From the NCBI RefSeq assembly GCF_001194135.2, contig NC_068986.1, positions 51,588,753 through 51,652,752 on the forward strand: 64,000 nucleotides of DNA, in the 5' to 3' direction. The notes under the pieces were generated by a model. The model was not told the origin of the DNA. It saw nothing but the letters and a program-made list of their open reading frames with translations, and ran no database searches. A program made the position numbers and the translations under genes. This document shows positions 1-12,470 of this stretch, piece by piece; within the stretch, counting starts at the first letter, position 1, and the number at the start of each line of letters is the position of its first letter. Origin of the DNA: Octopus bimaculoides (Eukaryota).

Positions 1-461
1 GATGAATTTTTTAGATAACATACTTAAATAGTCCTTGACTATTAATTCTGCCATGAAAGGAAACCATTCGGCTGGCAGATTTCCACGATATAGCCCCACC
101 AGATCATCACAGATCCTCCTCCATGTTTAACAGTTAGAAGAAGTCAGTCTGGGTCAAATGCTTCTTTTGGCTGTCTCCACATGTATACTCAGCCGGTAGT
201 CGGAAATAAGGTAAAGGATGACTCGTCTGAGAAAATAACATTCTTCCACTGCTCTCGGGACCAATTCTGTAGGTTTTTACTCCACTCTAAACGCATTGTA
301 ACATTTGTTTTTGAAAGTAGTGGTTTTCTGATTGCAGCACTCCTGTGAAATCCAGCTTCGTGCATCTCCTGGCAAACAGTTTTTGTGGAAACTGGGTTCT
401 CAAGGTGGTCATTAAGATCTGCAGTAATTTTGGGAGCTGTACTTTTGTGATCCTTTCTAAC
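1..461 (-). mobile_element. Tc1-family transposase remnant (HTH-to-DDE region), pseudogenised, runs off the window start
   Basis: ORF 189-479 reads ...AIRKPLLSKTNVTMRLEWSK...WKNVIFSDESSF; past a stop the frame continues ...TVKHGGGSVMIW, the Tc1 signature. The N-terminus is replaced by microsatellite. Confidence 0.92.
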
Positions 462-1479
462 ATATATATATACATACATACATACATTATGTGTGTGTCT
501 GTGTATATTATTTTATTGTTTTACTTGTTTCAGTCATTTGACTGTGGTCATTAGAATTTGATAGGTGTAAAATTGTATATAATGCATAAAGCTGAGTTTA
601 TACATTTATTTAAAGCAGAGGTTTTGCTCATTTACTTTTCAAACTTTCAGGTTATACAACAGAAGAAAGTCTTTGCTTTGAATAAACAAGTTTTGTGTGT
701 GTGTAGTTGATCATTAAATCTGTACTTGTTCACGCAATACATCCATTTCTGCCAGTGTAATTAATTTATTATTGTCACCATCCTCATTATTGTTATTATT
801 ATTACTCCTGTGTTACCAAGGAATAAAATGGTTTAACACCATTGCATAAACCAATTGTTAAGTTTAAACATTTTGTTGATACTTAAAACAGAAAAAAATC
901 TAATTGCAACACTTCCAAGCATTGATATAAAGTAAATATTTAAATATCTAAGATGCGAAGATCTTAATAAGATTATACATTTTGAAACTATAAACCTGAT
1001 CTTTAGAGATGGAAACATTCTCTTATATTTACATATATGCTGAGATTTGATTGGTTTGATGTATCATCATTATCATGCATCTCAGATACAACCGGATGTG
1101 TACATGTGTCAGTTGCCTATTAGTTAAAACAGTTTTGGGCTCTGAGTTTAGAAACATAGGTTCCTGGTTTGAATTTAATTTGCTACCATGTGCACAAATG
1201 TAAATATCATAATATTTTTCACCTTAAGAGATTAAGTTAATAATTAGTTTTGATAATTAATATGTATAATTCTAAGCCTAGTGGTCATGGTAGTTGGATT
1301 ATGATTGTAAGGTTGAGGGTCTGGATCCCAAACTAGGTAACACATTGGGCTCTTAAGCAAAACACTTCATTTCACATATCTGCTCCAGTCCACTCAACTG
1401 GAAAGTGAATATCAGTCAAGTGCTGATGTAGCTTTCTCCACTCTCATTCCAGTTGTCACATCCTTAATATTCTTTGAAA

Positions 1480-1620
1480 TGGTTAGCATTAAGAAAGGCA
1501 TCCAGCCATAGAAACCATGCTACAATAGGGAGTAGAGCACAGCATAGTCTTCTGCCTCGCAAGCTCCTGTCAAACCATCCAATTCATGCCAGCATGGAAA
1601 TCAGATGTCAAATGATTATG
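1480..1620 (+). mobile_element. RTE-type LINE/SINE 3' tail fragment
   Basis: AAGGCATCCAGCCATAGAAACC...CCAATTCATGCCAGCATGGAAA...ATGATT. The same tail recurs many times, e.g. ~8650-8765, ~28900-29030 and ~37890-38045 on +, and ~19430-19600 and ~34030-34190 on -. Confidence 0.7.
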
Positions 1621-1659
1621 ATAGTCAAGAGTAGGCACCTAAAACAATTAGTGAAAGCA

Positions 1660-1975
1660 GAGCGTGTAGCGTAAAGACCCCTTTTGGTTATGAATGACCA
1701 TGGGATTGCACCTAGAAAGTTCCGCTCCAAGACAAAAGTCTGAGCAAGGTTGTTTATGGAAGACCAGCAGTTGCCCATGCGTACCAGCCTCCCTTCTCCA
1801 AAATAGCCAATGTTATCCAAGGGAAAGGTAAAGGTTGATACAGATTGGCACCAGTGACATCACAACTCATTTCAACAGTTGAATGAACTGGAGCTACGTG
1901 AAATAAGGGGTCTTGTTGAAGAACACGACTCACAGCCCAGTCCGGGAATCAAGCTCACTACCACATGATTGAGAG
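1660..1975 (-). mobile_element. tRNA-derived SINE, CORE-like family (near full length)
   Basis: Minus strand shows a tRNA-like B box (GTGAGCTTGATTCCCGGACTGGG) followed by a CORE-like segment. Related heads lie at ~1280-1430 and ~35560-35700 on +. Confidence 0.65.
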
Positions 1976-2422
1976 TCGTAAATATTCACCATTTTTTTTT
2001 TAATCTATATAAATCTAAAGTAGTAGAGATATATGAGTAGATATGCTAACAAAAAAACCTTCAAACTGTCACTCAGCTTGGCAGTAAGAACAGCTTTATC
2101 TCTCTCAAATCACACCTTTTTATCTATGATTGCTTATGGAGTCCTACATATTTCTAAAACAACTGGATGGTCATGAATGGAGTGCCTTGATTGTCAAAGA
2201 TGATCGAGGTTTAACAACAAAACAAGTAAAATAATGGCTTCCTCTTTTACTCCACGTGAGAGTGATGGTAAGATTTTACAACTGCTTTCTTTTTAAATTA
2301 TATATATATATATATATATATTCATACAGACAGGGTAAAAATTAATAATTAATTTGTAATTACTAATTTCACCAAGTAGTTAGGTGTGTTAAAACCATTA
2401 TTGGTAAATTCATATAAACATA

Positions 2423-2541
2423 ATTAAAATTTAAGGTTCAGCAGGCATTGCTTCACCACACACCGAAAATTAGAAATAGCAGCCAAAACTACTATTTCTC
2501 TACCATTTCTCTAATTTTCGATGTGTGGTGAAGCAATGCCT
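2423..2541. repeat. Inverted repeat / hairpin (~50-bp arms) abutting an assembly gap
   Basis: ATTAAAATTTAAGGTTCAGCAGGCATTGCTTCACCACACACCGAAAATTAGA is matched by its near-perfect reverse complement ending at 2541. Confidence 0.9.
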
Positions 2542-2941
2542 GCTGAACCCTAAATTTTAATNNNNNNNNNNNNNNNNNNNNNNNNNNNNNNNNNNNNNNN
2601 NNNNNNNNNNNNNNNNNNNNNNNNNNNNNNNNNNNNNNNNNNNNNNNNNNNNNNNNNNNNNNNNNNNNNNNNNNNNNNNNNNNNNNNNNNNNNNNNNNNN
2701 NNNNNNNNNNNNNNNNNNNNNNNNNNNNNNNNNNNNNNNNNNNNNNNNNNNNNNNNNNNNNNNNNNNNNNNNNNNNNNNNNNNNNNNNNNNNNNNNNNNN
2801 NNNNNNNNNNNNNNNNNNNNNNNNNNNNNNNNNNNNNNNNNNNNNNNNNNNNNNNNNNNNNNNNNNNNNNNNNNNNNNNNNNNNNNNNNNNNNNNNNNNN
2901 NNNNNNNNNNNNNNNNNNNNNNNNNNNNNNNNNNNNNNNNN
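2542..2941. other. Assembly gap
   Basis: Run of N. Confidence 1.
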
Positions 2942-4764
2942 TTTTTTTTTTTTTTTTTTTTTTTTTTGTGCTTCTAACCAGATATCTGTTTGATCAGAAA
3001 TAGCCTCAGGTTACTTGGCAACACCCAACCACATGCTTTCCTCACCAATCCACCCCATTCTATCTTAAGATATAAATGAGTTAGCATTTCAAAATTGTCA
3101 TTGATTTTGACCCAGATCTAAACAATGTTAACTGAATCAAATAACACTACACTAGATCTATCTTTTATTTTGTCCCAGTCACTGGACAATGGCCATGATG
3201 GGCTACAATCCAAACCTTTAGTTGAACACCTCTGTACTTATGTTCTTTTCTAAGTCTGGTATTTAGACTGTCTCTTTTTTGTTGACTCATGAAGTCAGAG
3301 GAACATAAACAAACTAACACCAGTTGACAAGCAGTGGGGGTATGACAAATACAGACACAAAGACACACACACACACACACACATCAACATTTAGGAGCTG
3401 CATTGTGCTCCACGTCACCTTTGGCATGGTTTCTGTAACTGGACATCCTGCCTAACACCAACCACTTTAATGTGTGTACTGGGTGCTTTTTTGTTCATGC
3501 TGCCAGAAATAGCGAGGTTGCCAAATAACTTTCAAGTCAAATAAGAACAAAAGGCTTCCACACAGTTTCCATCAACTAAATTCGCTTACAAAGCATTGGT
3601 AGGCCCAAGGCATCGGTACAAAACACTTGCGCAAAGTGCTGTGTAGTGGAACTGAAGCAAAGATTAAATGGTTCCAAAGCAAGTTTCTAAACAACACTGT
3701 CACATATTTGTAGTGCAGGACCTATGTACAATCATTCTATGCTATAGGAACTTCAGAACCAATTGAAATTTAAATAAATATTCAATCCAGTATTGTTACA
3801 GTCAAGGCACCCCTGTAACCAGACATCCTCCTCATAGAACACACACACATACACTCTTCTGCCAATATTGAACTGTAATATATGCTGAGATTTTTCCAAT
3901 TATCAATCTCTAAACAATATTTTGACGTAATTTTCAACCCACAATAAATTACAATACATACAATTGATATGAGAGTTGTCTATTCAGTCAGAAATTTTAA
4001 TGGTTTTTAAAGTGTTTAATAAATTAAACAAACATACAGAAAAAGAAACAAAAGAGAAACAAAGACAAAGGAAAATCTAATCACTGTCACTTCATCTTCA
4101 AGATATGTAAAACCATTCTTTAAAGTCAGCAACATTAGGATTTTTCAATTTGTTTTTCCAATGGATGATAGCAACAAGTTCAATTATGTAATTATTTATA
4201 TTTATTTTCTATGTGTTTGTTTACAATTAAATGCAAACTAAGACTAGTTATATCCCTATTAGGCTTACCTGCACTAAAACAGAATCTGAAGCAATCAGAT
4301 GCATTAAAATTATTTGCTTCTATGCATAAAATATTATGATGTTGCTTAAAAGATGTCAACTTATAATAAGTCAGCTAAAACAGAATGAATTATACTTCAA
4401 CAACAACAACAACACTACTTTCACCAGCATCACAAAAATTGATAATGATAAATTCTACAAAGCTATAAGTTTTTCTATAATAAATCATAAATAATATTTT
4501 CTTGCAGGAAATGAATCCAAACGTAAATCCAAATAACATGTGCACATGTAATGCACAGACAGCAAAATATTAAATCATTGCACATCTACATATAAAAAAG
4601 AAAGTTTAATTAACAAGAGTCTTTCTTTATTTATACTGAAAGCTACCAGGTTAACAAAGTTACACCAAGTCTTTCTAAAGGGCAGAATGCTATGCATAAT
4701 AGTATGAGAAAATCTCAGAATTCAATGGTTATTTCATATTACAACTTCAATAATTATAATAATC

Positions 4765-5205
4765 CTTTCTATTATAGGCACAAAGCCTGAAATTTGGTAG
4801 AGAGGGATAGTTACGCAACTGGTACTTAATTCGACCCCGAAAAGATGAAAGGCAAAGTTGACTTCCGGAGAATTTGAACTCAGAACATAGCAACAGACGA
4901 AATACTGCTAAGCATTTCTCCTGGCATGCTAATGGTTCTGCCAGGTCATCGCCTTAATATTAATAATAATAATAATAATCATCAACCTCGAAAGGATGAA
5001 AGGCAAAGTTGACCTTGGCAGGATTTGAACTCAGAACATAAAGAATCACAAAAAATGCCATTAATGATTTTGTCTGGAATGTTAATGATTCTGCCAACTC
5101 ACTGTCGTCATCATCATAATAATAATAATAATGATTTCAAATTTTGGTATAAGGCCAGCAATTTTGGGGGAGGGGTTTAGTCGATTACATTGACCCCCCC
5201 CCCCC
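4765..5205 (-). mobile_element. Cluster of three partial tRNA-derived SINEs with a Meta-like central domain
   Basis: Repeated plus-strand GATGAAAGGCAAAGTTGAC...ATTTGAACTCAGAAC. The minus strand reads GTTCAAAT...CTTTGCCTTTCATC..., resembling the MetaSINE domain. The family name is from memory. Confidence 0.75.
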
Positions 5206-6164
5206 NNNNNNNNNNNNNNNNNNNNNNNNNNNNNNNNNNNNNNNNNNNNNNNNNNNNNNNNNNNNNNNNNNNNNNNNNNNNNNNNNNNNNNNNNNNNNNN
5301 NNNNNNNNNNNNNNNNNNNNNNNNNNNNNNNNNNNNNNNNNNNNNNNNNNNNNNNNNNNNNNNNNNNNNNNNNNNNNNNNNNNNNNNNNNNNNNNNNNNN
5401 NNNNNNNNNNNNNNNNNNNNNNNNNNNNNNNNNNNNNNNNNNNNNNNNNNNNNNNNNNNNNNNNNNNNNNNNNNNNNNNNNNNNNNNNNNNNNNNNNNNN
5501 NNNNNNNNNNNNNNNNNNNNNNNNNNNNNNNNNNNNNNNNNNNNNNNNNNNNNNNNNNNNNNNNNNNNNNNNNNNNNNNNNNNNNNNNNNNNNNNNNNNN
5601 NNNNNNNNNNNNNNNNNNNNNNNNNNNNNNNNNNNNNNNNNNNNNNNNNNNNNNNNNNNNNNNNNNNNNNNNNNNNNNNNNNNNNNNNNNNNNNNNNNNN
5701 NNNNNNNNNNNNNNNNNNNNNNNNNNNNNNNNNNNNNNNNNNNNNNNNNNNNNNNNNNNNNNNNNNNNNNNNNNNNNNNNNNNNNNNNNNNNNNNNNNNN
5801 NNNNNNNNNNNNNNNNNNNNNNNNNNNNNNNNNNNNNNNNNNNNNNNNNNNNNNNNNNNNNNNNNNNNNNNNNNNNNNNNNNNNNNNNNNNNNNNNNNNN
5901 NNNNNNNNNNNNNNNNNNNNNNNNNNNNNNNNNNNNNNNNNNNNNNNNNNNNNNNNNNNNNNNNNNNNNNNNNNNNNNNNNNNNNNNNNNNNNNNNNNNN
6001 NNNNNNNNNNNNNNNNNNNNNNNNNNNNNNNNNNNNNNNNNNNNNNNNNNNNNNNNNNNNNNNNNNNNNNNNNNNNNNNNNNNNNNNNNNNNNNNNNNNN
6101 NNNNNNNNNNNNNNNNNNNNNNNNNNNNNNNNNNNNNNNNNNNNNNNNNNNNNNNNNNNNNNNN

Positions 6165-6165
<1 letters not shown>
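5206..6165. other. Assembly gap
   Basis: Run of N flanked by poly-C and (TA)n. Confidence 1.
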
Positions 6166-6202
<37 letters not shown>

Positions 6203-6414
6203 ACCACATATTCAACAAAATAAATCAAACAACAGAGAATTAATCATCAGATATGATAGGAAACAATGAAAATATCAAGATACATATTGTGGGATATAAA
6301 CAATATGGACCCACAACAGGGAAATGACTGGTTGATACTAATATAACATTGCAATTTCTTGCCTAATTTTAAGTTGTCTTCATATGATAATTATATGTTA
6401 ATAAAATTCAGCTT

Positions 6415-6815
6415 GCTTTTTTTTCATCTTTTACTTGATTTAGTCGTTAGGTTACAGCCATGCTGGGGCAGTGCCTTTAAGAACTTTTAGTCAAATAAAT
6501 CAACCTCAGTGCTTCTTTACTTATTCTCTTTTGGGCCTCGTACTCATTGTATCAGTCTGTTTGTCGAACCACAAAGTTACAGGACGTAAACATACCAACA
6601 CTGGTTGTCAAGCAGTGGTGGGGATAAACACAGACATGAAGACAGAAGCATATGATGGGCTTCTTTCAGTTTCCATCTATCACATCCACTCACAAGTCTT
6701 TGGTTGACCTGAAGCTATAGTGGAAGGCACTTGCCCAAGGTACCATGCAGTGAAGACTGAACTCAGAACCAAGTGGTTGGGAAGCAAACTTCTATCCACA
6801 CAGCCATGCCTGAAC
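6415..6815 (-). mobile_element. tRNA-derived SINE family A (most abundant SINE here), full length
   Basis: Minus strand: GGCTGTGTGG...GTTCAGTC...CCTTGGGCAAGTG...ATGGAAACTGAAAGAAGCCC, then the body and a tail matching ...GACTAAATCAAGTAAAAGA. Confidence 0.8.
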
Positions 6816-7382
6816 CTATTAGCATTTCTTTTTTCTTTTTCTTTTTTTTTTTTTGAGAGAGAGAGAGAGAGAAGACATTTTAACAGGTCTTAAAAAATTT
6901 TTTTTTTTAATCAGTTTTCCTCACCTTGCATGATCTAGAAAATTGTTAGCCTGAATAATCAGGAACAGGTATTTTTCACAGCATGACCACTGCAATGATC
7001 AAAGAACCATCAAGTAGGAAACCAAGTATAAATTTGTTTCATTTTGTTTTTTTCCTTCACTTGTGCTAAACAGTGAGGTTGTTGAACTCCTGTGTATCAG
7101 TAATTGGCATGACTTTGTATCTATGACAACATTTCCTTTCATGGCTACTGCATGGGTTACACATGCATACAAACACATATTTACCCTCTCTTTCACACAC
7201 ACACACGCACTAAAAGGTAACAACTATTTAAAAATAGGTTTACCACACAGAAGGTGCTAAATATCAATGTTGCATGACAAAAATCAAATCATGTATTATA
7301 CAAGGTGTTTCTTAGCTGCACACTTTTCTTCTGCTTACCCCTCAAAATTAAGACAGGATGATCAAAGTTGATACATCTTTAA

Positions 7383-7673
7383 CCCATTACCTACCAGTGA
7401 TCTCATATGAGATCACTTAAAAATTACAAATTTCGTTATTATCTGTCAATATTTACACATATCTAACCTTTTTGCTATATCTACTAGGTATATTTCTCCG
7501 ATATTCAAATGAGGTTTGCTAATTTTTCACCCAATATCTCGCTTATTTCTATTTAGAATGTTATTTTGAAATGTTATTTTGATCATTCCAGCATGTTTCT
7601 AAGGCTGTTTTATGCTAGAAATCAAAGTTTCATAAAAAAAATTCCAGTTAATAGAATTATGGGAGGTAATGGG
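7383..7673. mobile_element. piggyBac-type MITE with TTAA target-site duplication
   Basis: TTAA|CCCATTACCTACC ... GGGAGGTAATGGG|TTAA (13-bp TIRs, one mismatch). It sits inside another repeat. Confidence 0.85.
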
Positions 7674-8446
7674 TTAATCATATACCTACCCAGCCAGGGG
7701 CTAATTTTACACTATGAGGCATGCAAAGCATCATAAGTATCTAAATTGAAACAACACAAAAATCAACATTTTAAAACTGAGTCACTGAGAGAACTTCTAC
7801 ATGGTCACTTGATCTGCTATTACTAGCAGCTAAATCACTCAAAATTGCACTGTAAAATCTTAGAAGAGGAGGTATGCATTATACAAGGTGTTTCCTGGAT
7901 GCACACTACTCTGCTCACTGCTCTAAACTTGCACAGAATGGTCAAAGTTGGAACATCTTTAATCATAACCCTGCTCAGTCAGGAGCTGACTGAAGCCTAA
8001 ACAATTTCAACAACATTTATTGATTTGCGATTTAAAAAAAAAAAAAGCAATATGAATGTAATCATGTAATACTTAAATGACAGTTTACATACAAACACAT
8101 GGTTTTAAGTTCAGTCCTACTGCATGGCTGTTTGTGCAAGTGTCTTTTTCTATAGTCTCAGGCTGACCACAGACTGTGAGTGAATTTAGTAGAGAGAAAC
8201 TGGAAGAAGCCTATTGCGCATATATATATATATGTGTGTATGTGTTTTGGCATGTTTTTTTATGACTGGATGCCCTTCCTAATGCCAATCACTTTACAGA
8301 GTGGACTGAGGGTTATTTACATGACACCAGCACTGGTGAGGGGCCAAAACAGACAGTGTTGCCTAGTGCAGTCTTTTGGCTTGCCAGTGCTTATCAAACT
8401 GTCCAACCCATGGAAAACAGACAGTAAATGATGATGATAATATATA

Positions 8447-8478
<32 letters not shown>

Positions 8479-9329
8479 ATGCATTTGTGTCTTCCTGTCT
8501 CTCTCTATCTCTATCTCTCTTTCTCTCTCTCTCTTTCTCTCTCTCTCTCTTCTTTCCTTATCTTGACATTAAGTGATCATTGTAAATCACCATCACTGTC
8601 ATGCAAGTGATGTTCATTTATATTCCATGGTGAAATATTATCTTGCTTAGAAACAAGTGAAGGTTGGCAACAGGAAGTGCATCCAACTGTAGAAAAATCT
8701 TCCACAATAATTTTTTTTTTGACACATGCAAATATGGGTAAGTGCATGTTAAGTAATGATGATGCACAATATTATACACAGACGTGTATATTAACATTCA
8801 TTTCAAGGTGAAGGTTAACTTGGCCACTATCCTGATTTTTCTTGCTTTATACTTTGAAGTTTGTTCATGCAAAATTCATACCATCAACGCATGTCACAGA
8901 ATAAATTTTTGAGGCTTCAAATAATGAAAAATATCATTATTCATCTTTAAGTCTCAACAAATGTACAAAGTGAGAAACTAGGACTAACAACAAAGGCCGA
9001 TCATTAGTTTGAAATGTAGGTGTGTGTGTGCATGTGAGTGAGTGTTTGTGTAGGTGACATCACACTACTTAAATAAATATATTAGTTCTACGATATGTTT
9101 TGAATGCCGTTTTTCTCATGTTTGTAAACAAAAACACATATCTATGTATATTTATCAATCCCCACACTGTCTGTCTGTATGTCTGTGTATAGGTATGTAT
9201 GTACATATACATTAAACACATGCACATATATAAAAGTTGCATGACTATTGACAAAGAGAAAAAAAGTTGGTAAGATTACACTCATACTCACAGCATATGT
9301 GAGTATGAATGAAACTTTTCAATACACAA

Positions 9330-9370
<41 letters not shown>

Positions 9371-9920
9371 CATGTAGAGCAGAGTTTTTATGTGTCAAAA
9401 TATGCAAACAAAATATTACTTTCTGATAATTATAATGCATTTACTACAAGAAAAATGTTACTATTTTAAATCAGAAATTTACGCTGATTGGTTTAATGCA
9501 CTAACAACCCTGGCCCACCTTCAAAATTGATTGAAGAAACAGCAACTGACACAGTTTTTTTCTTTGTTTGTTTTGATTTTTTTTTTTTAACATACATTAA
9601 TAACTTCTATTTTTGACTTTTATTTTTCATTGGATATAAATCACAGGAAGCTAAAAGTAAAAAATCTATATGGATTTAATTAGGATTATCCTAGAAAACT
9701 GTATCTAACACTTTAAGTATATATTTCACAAATTAATAATAAATTAAGATCTTCTTATTAAAATAATCACCTTTAGTCCGAGTGATTGAGTGACTGGCAC
9801 ATAACATTTGAACCAATTTTACATCAGGTCTTTCTCCAGTCAGCTTTTCAGAAAGCAGCTGTTGCCACGTTGATATTCCAACGGGCATATCATTATCAAT
9901 ATCATCAATATTATCACCAC

Positions 9921-9953
<33 letters not shown>

Positions 9954-10740
9954 CATCATCATCATCTTCAGCAACAACATCAATATATTTATTCACTTAG
10001 TCTTATTTCAATACGTATTTGCTTTGCCAAGACAACACGGTAAACATAATGTGGTTTCCACAAAAATTATAAGATTTACATACCTAACGCATAATAGGAT
10101 TACAACATTGATAAAGATGAAAGGAAAAACAAACATATTTAAAGATTTTTTTGGTTGTTTGTTTTTAGTTTAAAACCAACTGAAGTGTATACTACAGTTT
10201 AATTTCTATACATATCATGCATGGAAAGAAAATGGTTCGAAAATAGCAAGGGACACTAAAGTTTCTTTCCAGTTGAAAACAAGAGTAGCTATAAATTATT
10301 TACTTAATGTTAAAGCCTTACTCACTAAATTTCTAGTGAACTACATTGCCTATGTGTACGTATGGCAATTAAATTCTAATAAAGACCGCTTGCTGTATAA
10401 CCACGCACTTCTGAATTCCATCCCACTGCATGTCACTTTGGGCTAGTGTCTTTCTTCTACTATAGCCCTATAGCCCCAGGCTAACCAAAACCTTGTTAGT
10501 GGATTGGTAGATGGAAACTGAAACAAGTCCATTACATGTGTATGTTATATATATATGTGTGTGTGTGTCTGTGTGTGTGTGTATTTACATAAAGATAGTT
10601 ATGGCTGGTGTATGGAGTTACTCAGAGTTTTGAATCTGTAAAGCACTTAGCTTTAAAGTATCTCAGACCAGTCCCAGAGGTAAATACGTTGCTGCTTTAT
10701 AATTTAGGGTGTGCTTCTCTTTTGGATTTATGATTTACTG

Positions 10741-10743
<3 letters not shown>

Positions 10744-10800
<57 letters not shown>

Positions 10801-11027
10801 TGTATACATACATATATACACACATATATACATACATATATATACACACATATATACACACACATATATACACATATATACACACATATACATATGTATA
10901 TACATACATATATATACATACACACACACACACACACACGTATATACATACATATATATACATACACACACACACGTATATACATACATATATATACATA
11001 TATACACACACACACACACGTATATAC

Positions 11028-11082
<55 letters not shown>

Positions 11083-11090
11083 TGTATATA
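10744..11090. repeat. Compound (TA)n/(CATA)n/(CA)n microsatellite
   Basis: Visible low-complexity array; source of the IY/HT/CV-rich ORFs in the track. Confidence 0.97.
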
Positions 11091-11539
11091 GTCAATCCTA
11101 ACATGAACAAGCAAGAAAAAATACGAAAAAACAATAACACGATTGTATATATATATTAGATCCTGTTCAAAACGGGGGCACCAGTTTTCATTTATGTTTT
11201 ATGTAGTGTTTTTGGTACCGAAAGACTTTCAAACTTCATATACTTATCTATTTTGTGTTATAGAACAGAAAAAAATTTTTGTATTTCATGTAAAAAATTG
11301 TCTTATTTCGATAATTTCAACCAATCACTGACAAGTATTCAGCTGTTTACAGTTACTCCTAAGCGGTGTAAAGCGTATTTAATCTCCATTACTTCTGACA
11401 TTTTGCAGAGAGGCAACACACGTGTTCGTTTTCCCTAACCCTAATTGACTTGCTCCTTCCCTCAAAAACCAGGCCTTGTGCCTATAATAGAAAGGTTTAT
11501 TAGCTTCTGCCAATATGCTTCAGCCATTTTTTGACAAGG

Positions 11540-12470
11540 AAATAATAATTTTATCAATGACAGAACCTTTAAAATGGTTTAACACCAATTAGAGTTAAAA
11601 CACAAAGTTCTACACCTCCCTCGGGCACATTTTACAACTCAAAAACAGCATACACCAATAGGCAAGTCCGCACCAGTTAGGTATATACAAGAGTGAAAAC
11701 AGGCACCCAGCAGGTAAAACATGTAAAATTTAATTCCGCTCACCATGTCCAAAAGTTCACAAAACACATGGGTCAAAAGACAAATACAGCACCCAGCAGG
11801 TATTAATCGGTAAAGTCAAATTCACGAAAAACACGTACAATACCTATGGCCATTTTGGGGGTACACCACTGTATTCCAAACACAATAGAGTGCAAACTGG
11901 TGATGACCCCCTTGTCAGGGTAAATTTACTTACAAATGTCACGACATGCACAAAGGGAAAAAATAATTTTTATATAAGAGCAAATTTATATAGTCAATAT
12001 GGACCAGCCTTAGACAAGCCTATGCAAATAATGGAAAGATTAAAAAAACAAAAAAGTGCCATTTTAGAATAGTCAAACAGGCTGCAGTATCAAAACCAAT
12101 CTTCGAGGTTTCAAATCATCCTAACACAAACTATTACACTTGTTATTATCTATTGTTTATATATTTATTTTTATTTCTATACAGTTTCAAGAAGGTGGAG
12201 GAAAACTTATGGTTGCAGAAGGGGATTACTTTGGTGAACTTATTTAAGGTTTTTGGTCCAAAAGACCTGAGTATTTCAAGGGATTCCCTAATACATAATG
12301 AACATTTACTAATATTTGCTTTAAAGTAGGGGGCTCTCGATATAATAGACCATTCAAGAGAGTACTTTATATTTTTCTTCTTGAGGTCATGCAAATAAGA
12401 GGCGAGTGTGGTAGAGTTACAGTATTTTTCAATTGAAAACAAACTCATATGCGCTCTATATCTAGCCTTA
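11540..12470 (-). mobile_element. Penelope-like element 3' end (GIY-YIG C-terminus plus probable 3' UTR/pseudo-LTR)
   Basis: The ORF end at 12146-12468 is followed by ~600 bp of CpG-retaining sequence with a direct repeat (GCACCCAGCAGGTA at ~11702 and ~11789). The UTR boundary is approximate. Confidence 0.65.
12146..12468 (-). pseudogene. GIY-YIG endonuclease C-terminus of a Penelope-like retroelement
   Basis: KARYRAHMSLFSIEKYCNSTTLASYLHDLKKKNIKYSLEWSIISRAPYFKANISKCSLCIRESLEIL...LNK...CNH matches the PLE pattern (RY..H, ST.LS.Y, W.I, C.LC..E, LNK, C.H). It is 5'-truncated. Confidence 0.85.

Noticed and set aside
5082-6228. Long ORFs of 100-378 aa spanning N-runs (also at 20.3, 23.9 and 37.2 kb)
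   Set aside because: They are open only because N codons contain no stops.
10078-10130. Minus-strand TAG|GTATGT (and TAG|GTAAAC at ~47285) as ratchet points
   Set aside because: The pyrimidine tract is distant or weak and the donors are suboptimal; within chance expectation for AT-rich DNA.
10697-11159. ORFs of 105-151 aa rich in IY/HT/CV (also 30744-31219)
   Set aside because: Translations of (TA)/(CA)/(TACA) microsatellites.
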